Shown here: piece after piece, positions 48,750 through 62,809 of the stretch
Numbering within the stretch: the first letter of the stretch is position 1
How the letters are laid out: each line of letters starts with the position of its first letter
From: Octopus sinensis
Taxonomy: Eukaryota
Direction of reading: 5' to 3'
Assembly (NCBI RefSeq): GCF_006345805.1
Contig: NC_043007.1
Coordinates: forward strand, 75,950,001-76,014,000
Length of the DNA: 64,000 bases
The notes under the pieces: generated by a model
Database searches by the model: none
The model's input: only the letters and a program-made list of their open reading frames with translations
What the model was told of the DNA's origin: nothing
Translations under genes and position numbers: made by a program

Positions 48750-49152
48750 TGTGAAGACCTGTTGAAGCAAGTGGTAATCAAATCAAATCAGATCAAAATC
48801 AAAATCGATCAACGTCAACGGAAATTGTAGCTGTGATACCAGTGCCAGTGGCACATAAGAGAACCATCCGAACACGGCCATTTCCAGTGCTGCCCCGACT
48901 GGCCTCCATGCCGGTGGCACATAAAAAGCACCATCCAATCATGGCCGTTGCCAGCCCCGTCTGGCAGCTGTGCTGGTAGCACGTAAAAATCACCCACTAC
49001 ACTCATGGAGTGGTTGGTGTTATGAAGTGCATCCAGCCATAGAAACATTGCCAGATCAGACTGGGCCTAGTGCTGCCTTCTGGCTTCCCAGACCCCAGTT
49101 GAACCGTCCAACCCATGCTAGCATGGAAAGCGGAAGCTAAACGATGATGATG
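48750..49152 (+). mobile_element. RTE 3'UTR and (GAT)n tail
   Basis: Matches 53700-54123. Confidence 0.85.
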
Positions 49153-49559
49153 ATATATATATTTTGAACACACCATGATTCAGAATAGCTGAAACATGTG
49201 GAAAGTAAGCCTTAGCTGTGAAGCATGTGTAAAGTAAGCCTTAGCTGTGAAGATTAACATGATGTGAAAATATACTATTGTTCTCTTCAGTAAACATAAA
49301 AATAATTGGGAATCTTCTTAGCAATCAGTTTTGGGATAATTGTCTTGTCCCTCATTAAAAATGTACCACTATTTTTCTACAATCCAGAACTTTTTTTTTA
49401 TCTAAATTACTATATTTATAGCAGTAACTTAACAATATAACATTAACAACAGTCTTAACTTGTATATTTTGATTTAATTTTCCCATTCCATAGACAAATC
49501 ATTTAAGTACTTTGTACTAAGACACTTTTACAGAAAAATTCAATTAAAAAACTACTTAC

Positions 49560-49649
49560 AATCCATAATGAATGAAAAGTAAAACAAGTCATTCCAGCAA
49601 ATGCGAAGGAACATGCTGTCAAAATGGCAAGGACCATGTAGGCAAGTTT
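49560..49649 (-). CDS. Gene B exon 3, TM3: [30 protein letters not shown]
   Basis: Acceptor tatttctttacAG, donor ATT|GTAAGT, 90 nt, phase 0-0; aligns with gene A exon 3259-3348. Confidence 0.92.
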
Positions 49650-49660
49650 CTGTAAAGAAA

Positions 49661-49686
49661 TATCAAAGAATTATTTGGCATATATA

Positions 49687-49719
<33 letters not shown>

Positions 49720-49914
49720 ATGCGTGTGTGTGTGTGCACGCGCGTGTGTGTGTGCACGCACGTGTGTGTGTGCATATGCATGTTTTTATATCAAAGAATT
49801 ATTTGGCATATATATTTGTGTGTGTGTGTGTGTGTGTGTGTGCATGCGTGTGTGTGTGTGCACGCGCGTGTGTGTGTGCACGCACGTGTGTGTGTGCATA
49901 TGCATGTTTTTATA
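49661..49914. repeat. Tandem duplication, unit ~128 bp, (TG)n-rich
   Basis: TATCAAAGAATTATTTGGCATATAT...GCATGTTTTTA starts at 49661 and again at 49789. Confidence 0.9.
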
Positions 49915-50113
49915 TGGCCAAAGCTGTAAGCTTATACACTTATACATATAAGTATATATTCTATGTTTCCATGAACACCCGTGTAAATATGCGTGATTGT
50001 ATAACAGAAACGAAGAACTGAGCTATGTGAAAAATATGTTTATGAGGAAGATAATATATCTAGTATTGGTATTGCTAACGAAAAAGTTAAATAACCTTGC
50101 TGTAATTATAGAC

Positions 50114-50590
<477 letters not shown>

Positions 50591-50597
50591 ATACAAA

Positions 50598-51470
50598 GAA
50601 GCCATACCCAATGATGGGTGTAGCAATTAGAGCAAGGTCGTCAACTGCTACAAAGGTAAAGTAATGATTTAGATACAAATAATTACATTGGTATGAAGCT
50701 GTTGGATCAGGTAAGGAAGGTCACAGAGAGGGTCATAGCCCAACTAATTAGGGAGAGAGTCAGTTTAGATGATATGCAGTTTGGGTTTGTGCCAGGGAAA
50801 AGCACCACTGATGCTATATTTCTGGTAAGACAGCTGCAGGAGAAATACCTAGCCAAAGATATATCTCTGTACCTGGCTTTCATTGATATGGAGAAAGCCT
50901 TTGACAGGGTCCCCTGATCCCTTATCTGGTGGTCAATGAGGAAACTAGGGATAGATGAATGGTTAGTGAGATCTGTGCAAGCCATGTACAGGGATGCTTT
51001 CAGTAAAGTGAGGGTTGGCAACGAGTACAGTGAAGAATTCTGGGTAGAGGTAGGGGTCCACCAAGGTTCAGTCCCCAGCCCCTTCCTATCATAGTCCTCC
51101 AGGCAGTGACAGAGGAATTCATGATAGGATGCCCCTGGGAGCTCCTCTATACTGACAAACTTGCTCTAATTGCTGAGTCACTATCAGAACACAAGGAGAA
51201 GTTTCAGGTGTGGAAGCAAGGATTAGCTAAAACCGAAGTCCTAAAAAGTAGGAAGGCAGGCAAACCACAAATCCCTTCAGGTAGATGGCCCTGCTCAATC
51301 TGTAGATAAGGCGTAGGTAGAAATTCCAGAAGATGTACCCAGTGTAAGCTATGGACTCATAAGAGGTGCAGCAATATCAAAGAACTGGGAAGATAATTTG
51401 TGTATGTTTCAGATGCTCAGAAGCAATAAACACTGAAAATGTGCAAAGAACAACTTCCGCAACACAGTAA
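50598..51470 (+). mobile_element. Decayed RTE LINE RT fragment
   Basis: MQFGFVPGKSTTDAIF, FIDMEKAFDRVP, GVHQGSV; parallel to 52178-53040. Confidence 0.88.
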
Positions 51471-51721
51471 TATAATTTTTCTCAAACACTTTAACAGAGC
51501 AAGAAGATGGGAGCTGTCATCTCACTCTTGTCCTTTATTGTAAACAGACACAGGCCTCTAGTCTTAGATTTAGTAGTTGATAAAGAGATATATGAATTAG
51601 AAAGCTGTAAGCCCAATGGGTTTCATGCGATTCTTGAAAATGTAGTCTATTCTTAGCTCCAATAGCAACAACATTAATTTCTTCCATCTTGTGGACTTGG
51701 TATATAAAAACGGAAAGAAGC

Positions 51722-51770
<49 letters not shown>

Positions 51771-51802
51771 GTATGTATGTATGTATGTACATGCACATAT
51801 AC

Positions 51803-51833
<31 letters not shown>

Positions 51834-52107
51834 CATGCATATATACATATATATATGATGGGCTTCTTGAGAAAAATTATATTGTGTCTAACTCGTTAAA
51901 ATTCTATTTATGTATTTGTGCAGCTGATGATGGCACTCCATTTAAATTGAGGTAATGATTGCATTGTTCAATTAAAGGGTTGTACTGCAACGCTACTTGA
52001 TATCCTGTTGATTATTTTGATTTAATTCACCTTACTTTGAGCTGTGCTGATAATATTAGATTGACTTGGTGCTTCAACAGAAGTTACCTAATTCAACTGA
52101 ATCTCAA

Positions 52108-52177
<70 letters not shown>

Positions 52178-54123
52178 GTCAACTGCTACAAAGGTAAAGG
52201 TGACGCCATAGATACAAATAATTACAGAGGTATCAAGCTGTTGGATCAGGTAATGAAGGTTACGGAGAGGGTCATAGCCCAACTAATTAGAGAGAGAGTT
52301 AGTTTAGATGAGATGCAGTTTGGGTTCGTGCCAGGGAAAAGTACTACTAATGCTATATTCCTGGTAAGGCAGCTGCAGGAGAAATACCTAGCCAAAGATA
52401 AGCCCCTGTACCTGGCTTTTGTTGACATGGAGAAAGCCTTCGACAGGGTCCCCTGATCCCTTATCTGGTGGTCAATGAGGAAACTAGGGATAGATGAATG
52501 GTTTGTGAGAGCTGTGTGAGCCATGTACAGGGATGCCGCTAGTAAGGTGAGTGTTGGCAACGAGTACAGTGAAGAATTCCGGGTAGAGGTAGGGGTCGAC
52601 CAAGGTTCAGTCCTTAGCCCCCTCCAATTTATCATAGTCCTCCAGGCAATAACAGAGGAATTCAAGACAGGATGACACTGAGAGCTCCTCTCCACTGACG
52701 ACCTTGCTCTAATTGCTGAGTAACTATCAGAACTAGAGGAGAAGTTTCAGGTATGGAAACAAGGATTAGAATCGAAGGGCCTTAGAGTCAATGTAGCTAA
52801 ATACCAAAGTCCTAATAAGTAGGAAGGCAGGCAAACCACAAACGCCTTCAGTAGATGGCCCTGCTCGATCTGTAGAAAAGGCGTAGGTAGAAACTCTATA
52901 AGATGTACCCAGTGTAAGCTATAGACACATAAGAGGTGCAGCAATGTCAAAGGAAGGCTAACTAGGAAGATAGTTTTTGTATGTGGCAGATGCTCAGGAG
53001 CAATAAACACTGCAAATGCTCTGAGACCAACTTCTGCCACATTCCGGGGAGAAAAACTAGAAATAGTTGATAGCTTCCGTTACCTAGGTGACCAAGTCAG
53101 TAGCGGGGGCGGTGGTGCTGAAAGTGTAACTGCTAGAGTAAGAATAGCTTGGGCAAAGTTCAGAGAGCTCTTACCCCTGCTGGTGACAAAAGGCCTCTCG
53201 CTCAGAGTAAAAGGCAGACTGTATGATGCATGTGTACGTACAGCCATGCTACATGGTAGTGAAACATGGGCTGTGACTGCTGAGGATATGCGTAAGCTCG
53301 CAAGAAATGAAGCCAGTATGCTCCGATGGATGTGTAATGTCAGTGTTCATACTCGACAGAGTGTAAGTACCTTGAGAGAAAAGCTGGACCTAAGAAGCAT
53401 CAGTTGTGGTATGCAAGAGAGATGTTTGTGCTGGTATGGTCATGTTGTGAAAATGGATGAAGATAGTTGTGTGAAAAAGTGCCACATCCTAGTGGTTGAG
53501 GGAACCTGTGGTAGTGGCAGACCCAGGAAAACCTGGGACGAGGTGGTGAAGCATGACCTTCGAACTTTAGGTCTCACTGAGGAAATGACTAGAGACCGAG
53601 ACCTTTGGAAGTGTGCTGTGTGTAAGAAGACCCAGCACGACAAGTGAAACCATAACCCGTGGCCTCTTCATGGGATGTGCCAGTCCACTTATGCATACCT
53701 TTCCTTCTTGGGACACAAAACACTACTTGTGAAGACCTGTTGAGGCAAGTGAGAATCGCAATCGATTAACATCAATGGAAATTGCATCTGTGATACCAGT
53801 GCCGGTGGCACGTAAGAGAAGCATCCGAACGTGGCCGTTGCCAGCGCCGCCCTGACTGGCCTCGTGCCGGTGGCACGTAAAAAGCACCATCCGTTCGTGG
53901 CCGTTGCCAGCCATGCCTGGCCCCCATGATGGTGGCACGTAAAAAGCACCCACTACACTCACGGAGTGGTTGGCGTTAGGAAGGGTATCCAGCTGTAGAA
54001 ACATTGCCAGATCAGACTGGGCCTACTGCAGCCTTCTGGGTTCCCAGACCCCAGTTGAACCGTCCAACCCATGCTAGCATGGAAAGCGGATGCAAAACGA
54101 TGATGATGATGATGATGATGATG
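52178..54123 (+). mobile_element. 5'-truncated RTE-clade LINE (RT, 3'UTR, (GAT)n tail)
   Basis: NYRGIKLL, MQFGFVPGKST, FVDMEKAFDRVP, QGSVLSP, FRYLG, MLHGSETW, GRPRKTW; stop 53647; 470-bp 3'UTR. Confidence 0.92.
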
Positions 54124-54169
54124 AAGATATTTATATATATATATAAATATATGTAAATGCATATATATA

Positions 54170-54208
<39 letters not shown>

Positions 54209-54356
54209 TATATATATGTAAATATAATATATATATACATACATACATATATATATACATATATATATATATAAATGTATATACATACATATATATTTAT
54301 ATGTGTGTAAATCAATGCATGCTAGCATGGAAAGCGGATGCTAAATGATGATGATG

Positions 54357-54419
<63 letters not shown>

Positions 54420-54471
54420 GTAAATATAATATATATAAATACATATATATATATACATACATACATACATA

Positions 54472-54867
54472 TCTTTATATATAAAAGTAAGATTGTGTGC
54501 TGACTGTCTCCTACGATTTAGATTCCTAACTACTCCCACATTTTGCGGTGCAGTTTAACCAAAACCAGATATCTTATAGTCGTGATTCATATCGAGCCCT
54601 TCTGGGTATTAGCGCGCATCTACAATGAGTCTACGATTTAAAAAAAAATTTACCATCAATTTTTCCCATTTTAATGCATTTTTGGCATATATAAGGGAAG
54701 TAACTCTCTAAGAATTTATTATTAAATCTCAGAACGTAAAAAGCTACAGTAACACCCCCCCCTTAGTGGTTAGCCATATTGAGATAGCTATTATACTTTA
54801 CATCTCTAAAAATGCTTATATAGTTATTTCCCTTACAAACCCGAGCAACGCCGGGCAATACTGCTAG
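54472..54867 (+). mobile_element. Non-autonomous Helitron
   Basis: A|TC... start, subterminal hairpin CCCGAGCAACGCCGGG (54840-54855), ...CTAG|T end: classical AT insertion site with no TSD. Confidence 0.8.
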
Positions 54868-55222
54868 TATATATGTATATATATATATATACATATACAC
54901 ATACATATAATATATATATATATATATTAGGGAACTATTAGACCTGACACCGTGTATTAGCCAGTGTTTTCAAAGTGATGAATAGCTTTTTGCGGAAACC
55001 ATGGTTCGCTTTGTTTTCTGACTTTATTATCATCTTATAATCATCTCCTAACAATGACTTTTATGACTTTTATTACTACCTCAGTCCATCTAAATGTATA
55101 TATTTGTCGTTACCTGTTATAAAAAGCCTTTTTTTATTTGCAATGAGCATTTTCATTGATTTTTCATATTTTACTCTTACATTTCCACGTGTATTTTATA
55201 TTTTCTTTTTGTGACATATTTC

Positions 55223-55296
<74 letters not shown>

Positions 55297-55313
55297 TTAT
55301 ATGTGTGTAAATA

Positions 55314-55365
<52 letters not shown>

Positions 55366-55430
55366 AATCTTTTTGTGTAATGAGATAAAAACCAAGTCTG
55401 TGTAGATATTAGAACATTTATAGATAGAAG

Positions 55431-55482
55431 GTCTTACACCTGTTTCCAGGATATTTGTTAATTATATCCCTTCATCAGAGAC
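55431..55482 (-). ncRNA. Type I HHR motif at the 3' end of a decayed PLE remnant (~55400-55760)
   Basis: GTCT|CTGATGA|AGGGATAT-9nt-ATATCCTG|GAAA|CAGGTG|TA|AGAC. Stem I 4 bp, stem II 7 bp, stem III near-palindromic ACA(GG)TGT. Confidence 0.65.
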
Positions 55483-56400
55483 GGTGTGAGAGGATGGTTA
55501 AGTCATAATTAGTTTAGATGTGATAAAAAATAGAGAGTGAGGTGGAAGAATGAAAATTGATGCAAGATATGTAGGGATATTGAAGTTTTAATCCATTTTT
55601 TTAAGGCAGAATTGTATATATGTCATATTCAAATACCCTATGAGTAAAGTCCAAAAGTCCAACAGAGTTTTAAATGGGTCCTTCCAAATATAGAGTTTAT
55701 ACACTATGTATGATTCCCTTATGAGTGAGATCCAGCAGTTTTTGAACTTGGTCATTCCAAGTAGTGAATTTGTGTGTGTGTACATATGAAGGTATGTTTG
55801 ATTGTTGGTATGGCTGTTTTTGTATATGTGGAATAGTATTACAACACATATTTTTGATATATATAAGTATGTGTGTGTGTGTGTGTGTGAATGTTTGTAT
55901 CTATGTATGCATTTATGTGTGGATGTATGTATGCATTCTGTTATTTTAGTTTAGGGGTAACTTTAACTAATCATCTACTTAGTAGCAAAGTTGTGAAAGA
56001 AAACATTTTGTGCATTTATCCTTTAAAACTTAAGAGGGTTCACAGATTTTTATTGTCTCAGTTATCACAATCATTTGTAGTTTATAAATTAAGGAGCTGT
56101 GTTCTCTCCACAAGAACCAAGAACTTTGCTCCAGACAGGATGGTGTATATCCTGTTGCTCTAATTATTTTAGGTATAAAACTGAAATATTAGGTACTGTT
56201 CTTTCTGTCAAGTACAAAGTTTGTTAATGAAAAACTGAATGGATATAAGATTTTCTACTGTGTTACTAGCTTTAACTAGATATAGTTAGTATGTATGTAG
56301 TTATACAGTTATTACAATAACTTTTACTCCTTAGTCTTTTTAAGCATTAAAAATGCATTGAATAACTGAGAGAAAGGGTAAATGATTAGAGAATTTTTAC

Positions 56401-56472
56401 CAGTGTATTGGTTCTGTGTTCAGGATTTGACTTCAAACCAGTAAGAATTCCAAGTATTCCAACTCCAATAAT
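56401..56472 (-). CDS. Gene B exon 2, TM2 end and loop: IIGVGILGILTGLKSNPEHRTNTL
   Basis: Acceptor tttgttttgtttAG, donor CTG|GTAAAA, 72 nt, phase 0-0. Completes the W-xx-xx-G-x-LG pattern typical of CD20-family TM2. Confidence 0.88.
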
Positions 56473-56899
56473 CTAAACAAAACAAATATTATGCAATAAA
56501 ATAATCTGCAGAGAAAAATTGGAAATATTAAAATAAATGCGAAATTTTAAACTAAAGTATTAACGAATTGAAAATAGCATCAAAAATAATAAATAACATA
56601 AATATATATTTTGCCTTCATCCACCATACTCCATCCAGATTGACTGTTAAAAGAACGTTGGTGTTTTCTTGATACCATTATGGCTCACTGCTACTTTCCA
56701 ATAACTCATACCACCTTCTGAGATAATTCAGGGATCTTCAAGGTGGTTTTTCATTTCTCAAATTCCATATAGGTGATGGAGCCAAATTTATTTTTTGACA
56801 TCTCTTTGTGGTCAAGTTTATCTGTCAACAGCAATGTGTTGCAAGAACACAGCCAGACCCTTTACTTGTACTAATAAATAAAGCTGAAGGGTAACCTAT

Positions 56900-58900
56900 A
56901 TTAGCAAACTGTTTATACATATGGGAATGTGATGCTGCTGTGACATGAAAATGTCCAAGAATACATTAAAAGGAAATCATAAGCGGTTTGACTGGTTAGT
57001 AAATACTTCTTCATAAATTCACTATATCAATCTGTTTAGATGGTTTGTTTCTTCTTCATCTACATACTATAAAGAACTGTTCCAAACTTACAAGCAATGG
57101 CCTACCTCTACTTCAGCCCACCTAATGTAGTTATTTATCTTCTTGTGTCCTGATGGTGTCTGAGTCACAAATCTTCTACTAAATAATTTGCTCCATCATT
57201 CCTCATTCGAACTCTTTCATTCTGAAATATCTGTTCTACAGAAGTTAAAGTTTTACATTAACTGCTTTAATTTTACCAGTCTGAGAGAGCCTCCATGGAG
57301 AAAACCTTCCCCATTCACAGCTCACTTTGCACTCAACTTCATATTATGCATACTTGATCCATCTCCTTCAACCCTAACACTTTCCACTCTACCAACATCT
57401 CAACCTTGCATACAACTATGCCATGTACAAAAATACTCTTGATTGCTTCAAACTAGTAAGGCCACTGATACTGACAAGGTCCCATCTGTTACATTCAGTT
57501 ACATTTTACACCGGATCTTAGAACTTGCTCTTGTACTCCACAAACTCCCTTGAAACATGCTATAGTGTGTGTCATTTCTAAGAATGGTAATTCCACTGAC
57601 TCATCAATCTCCATCTCATTTCACTTACTTCATTATTTTTATGGTTACAGAGATGACTACTAAAAGTGACACTCTCTAACATCTTGAATGTCCCTCTCTC
57701 CCTCTATCTCCTCATTGACCACCAGTATGGCATCTGTAGAACCAAATCTATCAGAGAACTATCCAAGAGATTTCATTTTAGGTTCAGTGAAAATAATCTG
57801 AAGGTTTTAGCTCTAGGGTTTTACCCTGCTGGCCAGCATGTGAATCTCCTGTTGTATCATCCCACTTAGAAGCACAATCCATCTCTCCTCTCATAAATCT
57901 GTAGCTTAGTAGATGATCATACAGTCATGGGAATGTGATAATGAAGCATTTATTGTCTAACTCTCAACCAATCAGATATGCCCCAGGATTCAGTTTTGTT
58001 CCCTAAACTCTTCGTTCCATACATCAATCGTCATTTACTGTTACATTCAGTAACACTCACTCAAATTATAACTCTTCATTCTTCTTTAACTTTTCCAACC
58101 ATGCATCATCCATACACAATCTAGACAAAACATGTTGAATATGCACATATTCTATGAATGGAGATCTCATATGTCACCTCCATAGAAGCCAAAACAGTAT
58201 TATTTGTTGTTCCTTCTTGAGCCATGCTTGGCTCATAAGGGCTGGTTTCCCGGTTTCTTGGTGCAGAGGTTCCCCACCTGGACAGGATACCAGTCCATCG
58301 CAGGTGAGCTGCAAGATGCAGGAGGAAAGAGTGAGAGAAAGTTGTGGTGAAAGAGTCAGCAGAAGTTTCACCATTACCTTCTACCGGAGCCACATGCAGC
58401 TTAGGTATTTTGCTCATAAACACACACATCGTCCTGTCTGAGATTCGAACCCGCGATCCTTTGACCATGATTCCGCTGCTCTAACCACTAGGCCATGTGC
58501 CTCCAAAGAGTATTGTACTATAGCCTCAACTACAATCTTCACAATTGCTCTAATTGTTGGGTCTAACTATCACTGAAGACCTTTCCTTAACATAGCTAGG
58601 ATTGTATGCCAAATACTGACCATTCTTTTCTGGGCTACAAAATATTTCTGCCTCAACAACTGCCGACACTTTACAAAGCTCAACTGAGGATTACAATGAA
58701 GTATTACTCTCATCTGGGACTGTGTTTCTGCTACATATATTCACATTCTGGACCATATTCAGAGAAGAAAAAGCCCTAGATCAACAAGCATAAAATCAGG
58801 CACAGATATGTTCTAACCTTTGGCACACTGGTGTACTATATCTTCTCTTATCTGGGACAGTGTTCCTGCTATGTATACTGAATCTCTGGACCAATATGTG
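56900..58900 (+). mobile_element. Heavily decayed non-LTR retrotransposon (Jockey/CR1 superfamily), interrupted by a SINE
   Basis: Traces of DHQYG, PQDSVL(PQGSVL), TLYKAQ and SHIW across shifted frames. Confidence 0.55.
58180..58505 (-). mobile_element. tRNA-derived SINE (same head as 63770-64000)
   Basis: A box TGGCCTAGTGGTTAG and B box GGTTCGAATCTC on minus. Confidence 0.8.
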
Positions 58901-59506
58901 GTCCCCAAATAGTCTGTAAGGGAATTAGGTCTCAAATAAAACTAACACTGACTATGATGACCCATCCAGCCAATACCAGCATGCAAAAGCAGAGGTAAAA
59001 TGAAGAAAATGGCTTAAATATTTTAGCAAATAAACAATGAAAAATGAATTAAAGTAGAAATTTGAATCCTTTTCTACCAATAAAATACAATTATTATTTC
59101 CATGGAATATGAGGCATTCCCAAAATAAATTAAATAAACACTTGGTGTCATCATTATCAGCCAAAGGCATTACTTTATGGATATTTTAAACCTGTGAATT
59201 CATTTGTTATCCTAGGATATTTGAAACAGTTTGATTTCTACTGTAAGATATTTTATTGCATGTTCAGTTTGGGAGTACTCCAAACCATTTTGGGTAGGTT
59301 TCAATTAGTCTTAACTATCAGCCTATGACCCCAACATCAAAAATGGTAGTATTGGTACCTCATAACAAATAAAGAAGAAACAGTTTGAAAACTAAGTCAA
59401 AAGTTCAAAGGTTTTTTTTTCCATCAATAAAAACAACTGAAAAATTTAGTTGTATCAATACCTCTTTGATCAATATAAAACTGTCACAAAGAACACCAAT
59501 ACTTAC

Positions 59507-59710
59507 CCATAGACTTGCAGTAAATGATCCAGCAGCAATCCTTACAGACAGATCATCATAAAGATAACTATCATAATAAAAACCATAGTAATTGGTGTAG
59601 TATTTTTTTGTTGTAAAACCGATTATTGAACAAATGAAACAAAATATTCCAAGAGTCAAATGCATTGCTCCCGTTATTGTCATCGCAAGGTAGTTGAAAC
59701 CAACAATCAT
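59507..59710 (-). CDS. Gene B first coding exon (68 aa): TM1, Tyr-rich loop, TM2 start; MS4A/CD20-like
   Basis: Acceptor cttttctttatatttAG at 59724-25; in-frame TAA 12 nt before AAGATG supports the start; donor TGG|GTAAGT. Confidence 0.9.
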
Positions 59711-60324
59711 CTTGAGTGCTTATCTAAATATAAAGAAAAGTTTAAAATTTTAGCTATGAACAATGTAACTTTTGCTGTTGTTTCTCAAATAATCTCAACT
59801 TACAAATATTATCGAGTGAACTTGCTTGTTTGAAGCACCTGGAGATTTATTATCAAGATTAAAAAGAAAGAATAAAATGAAAAATAAGTAACTCAAATTA
59901 CTTGACTATCTGTAAGTTGATAGCAAAGCTTTACATGACTACAATAGTCTCTTCACTGGTGAAATAGTAAGCCCACCCGTGACACTTAGCTCTTCTCATT
60001 TTCTTGTATCTTCTGTGATTTACTCACACTGACTTTGTATCAAACATTTTCAAACTTTTGGATAAACTCTTTTCTTAATCATATTTTCTTTACAGAATTT
60101 GACATTTAAAATTCCAAATTCAGCCTATGCAAATTTCTCTAGCCTGAGAATGATTGCAAGCTGGTTTGAGATTTGATCTGTTTCTCCTGGACTAAATAAT
60201 GAAAAATATTTGCTGACATTGTGAAGATCTTTAAAGTTAGTGATGGAAAGATGAGAAATAGTGCCAAGATATGCAGTAGATATGGTAATGTTTAACATCA
60301 GTCTGACACAAACGATACACATAT

Positions 60325-60690
60325 AGGCACAGGAGTGGCTGTGTGGTAAGTAGCTTGCTAACCAACCACATGGTTCTGGGTTCAGTCCCACTGCGTGGCA
60401 TCTTGGGCAAGTGTCTTCTGCTATAGCCCCGGGCCGACCAATGCCTTGTGAGTGGATTTGGTAGACGGAAACTGAAAGAAGCCTGTCATATATGTATATG
60501 TATGTGTGTGTTTGTGTGTCTGTGTTTGTCCCCCTAGCATTGCTTGACAACCGATGCTGGTGTGTTTACGTCCCCGTCACTTAGCGGTTCGGCAAAAGAG
60601 ACCAATAGAATAAGTACTGGGCTTACAAAGAATAAGTCTCGGGGTCGATTTTCTTGACTAAAGGCAGTGCTCCAGCATGCCCGCAAGTAA
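60325..60690 (+). mobile_element. CORE-type SINE, full length
   Basis: Near-identical to 34327-34640, with 3' tail GGCAGTGCTCCAGCATG. Confidence 0.85.
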
Positions 60691-60869
60691 AACAAGTAAA
60701 ACAGTAAAAGAGTAGATGTAGTTTTGGGGATAAGAAATCTTCTTTGTGAGATTAGTTTGAAGAAGTACAAGAAATTTAGGTATCTGTGAGTTTACTAACT
60801 GACATAGAAGAAAAGGAAAAGAAAAATTGAAAAATTAGTTGCTCAATTCATCTAACATTAGTAAAAAAA

Positions 60870-61830
60870 ATACTCTCTTACTCATAGTTCAGGTCTTTTC
60901 CTTCACATCAGAGAAGTTCAAACAAAAGCTTCCTTAAGCCAAATTTCTAGATAAACTTGCTAACATTTCAGGTAAAACTTGATTTGCATATGTTCTTTGA
61001 ATGCTAGCATCTTTTAGAGTTTTTAGTTGTCTGACATTCAGGACTTTGTTAGAACTGTAGCTCAAAATTTACCAACTGTTGTTACCCTTGACATCAGCTG
61101 AACATTTGATTTTGTTTGACAAATGATTCCTCCACCAAAAGTGTTCTCCTATGGTCTCCATAAGTGTGGGCCTTCACCAATCAAGCACCATCTATAAATA
61201 ATCTGTACATCACATGCCTAACTTATACTAGCTTTTGCTCCATAAACAGAAGCATCTCCAATAGGGACACAGCAAAACAACACAAGTACCTACATAAAAA
61301 AAAAAAAACATCATTACACTTGTCCCTCACCCTTAAAATGAGCAGTGTGAAGATAGAGTCCTCATTATTAATCCAAATGTTAAAACTCATAATCACCAGA
61401 CTTCTCTCATGGTAAAAGTACATCTTTTAGTTAGTAGGATCGTACATCAAAGACTGTCGCTACTCTTCATCCCTAAACAATTACTGACCATTTACAACAT
61501 TCAAGTATATCCCACATGTTGGCAGGTGCTGCTATTTCTCATACAGACATCTTAGATTGTGTCCAAAGGAAGGTCATTCAGCTGATTATCATAAAATTGC
61601 TCATAGGCATGCTGTAGCCACAAGATCCCAGATGGGTTTTCTTTTCTCTGATTTTCTATCATTATTTTATAATATCTGCTTCATGGATTCAGTTGGGCTC
61701 ATGTCATTTCTCCTCAAGCAGTCCCAACACATTCACTTCTCCTTCTCTAATTTTGTGTTGTGTCCAACTACCCAGGCAACCACCACTGGTAATGCCACTC
61801 CAGGGCAAGCTCAGCTTTTGAATGCATAAC
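60870..61830 (+). mobile_element. Second decayed copy of the 56.9-58.9 kb LINE family
   Basis: Traces of LDIS..FD, SYG and QLLTIY..QV. Confidence 0.5.
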
Positions 61831-62809
61831 GAAGATACACGTACATGCATGCAGACACACACACATACAAACTCTCATTTATATATATGGAAGATGCAGG
61901 CTATTCATCAATAGAAGAAAAGGATAAACAGTATATATAGTGTAGTGTTTGAATACGTTGGTGAAGTTTTAATAAATCTTAATACAGTGAATTGAAAAAC
62001 ACTTTACCTTTCACATATTTAACATCTGCTGCAGGAGGTATTCTAAGATTTTTGACTGAGCATACGATAGTTAATTCACTAAAGCATATGTTCTTAAATG
62101 ATAGGGAGAAATGAAAAAACGAAGTATCAAAATTCTGTCTATACACACAAACAAATGTAGAATGACACACAGGCCATATACATACATGCACACTTCACGC
62201 AAGGACACATATGGAGACACACATCCATACATAAGAGATGCACATACATTGTCACACAAACCCATATACAGACACACTTAAACAAGCACACACAAGGAAA
62301 CAGAGGTACACATACACACACAGACACACACACGCACATACAAACACACACAACATAAACACACAAGTACATTGATATGCAGAATACATACATACAAATG
62401 TGCACTCAAGCATACACACACATACATACACACATACATGCATACATAGATACATATGTATATATGCACCTACACTGACGCACATGCTTGCATACAGAAA
62501 AACAGAAACACAATTCCAATAATGGACAAAGGCTGCATGATGAAAATTTTATTTGAAAATAAATAAATGAGTGGAAATTGGACTGGTGAGGTGTTGAATT
62601 AATATGGCAATAAAAGAGAATGACTCTCCCTAGACACAATTATAAATATATATACATACATACACACACACACACATATATATATATATTAGAAGAAACG
62701 AGGTACTCATATATATATATATATTTATATATATATTTATGATATATGTATGTAATATATATATATACATATATTATATATTATTCATTCATTTTTTTTC
62801 ATTTATTCA

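Noticed and set aside
59804-59838. Possible 35-nt 5'UTR exon of gene B (GTAAGT donor at 59803, 80-nt intron)
   Set aside because: Splice signals alone are insufficient in AT-rich DNA and there is no coding constraint to test.
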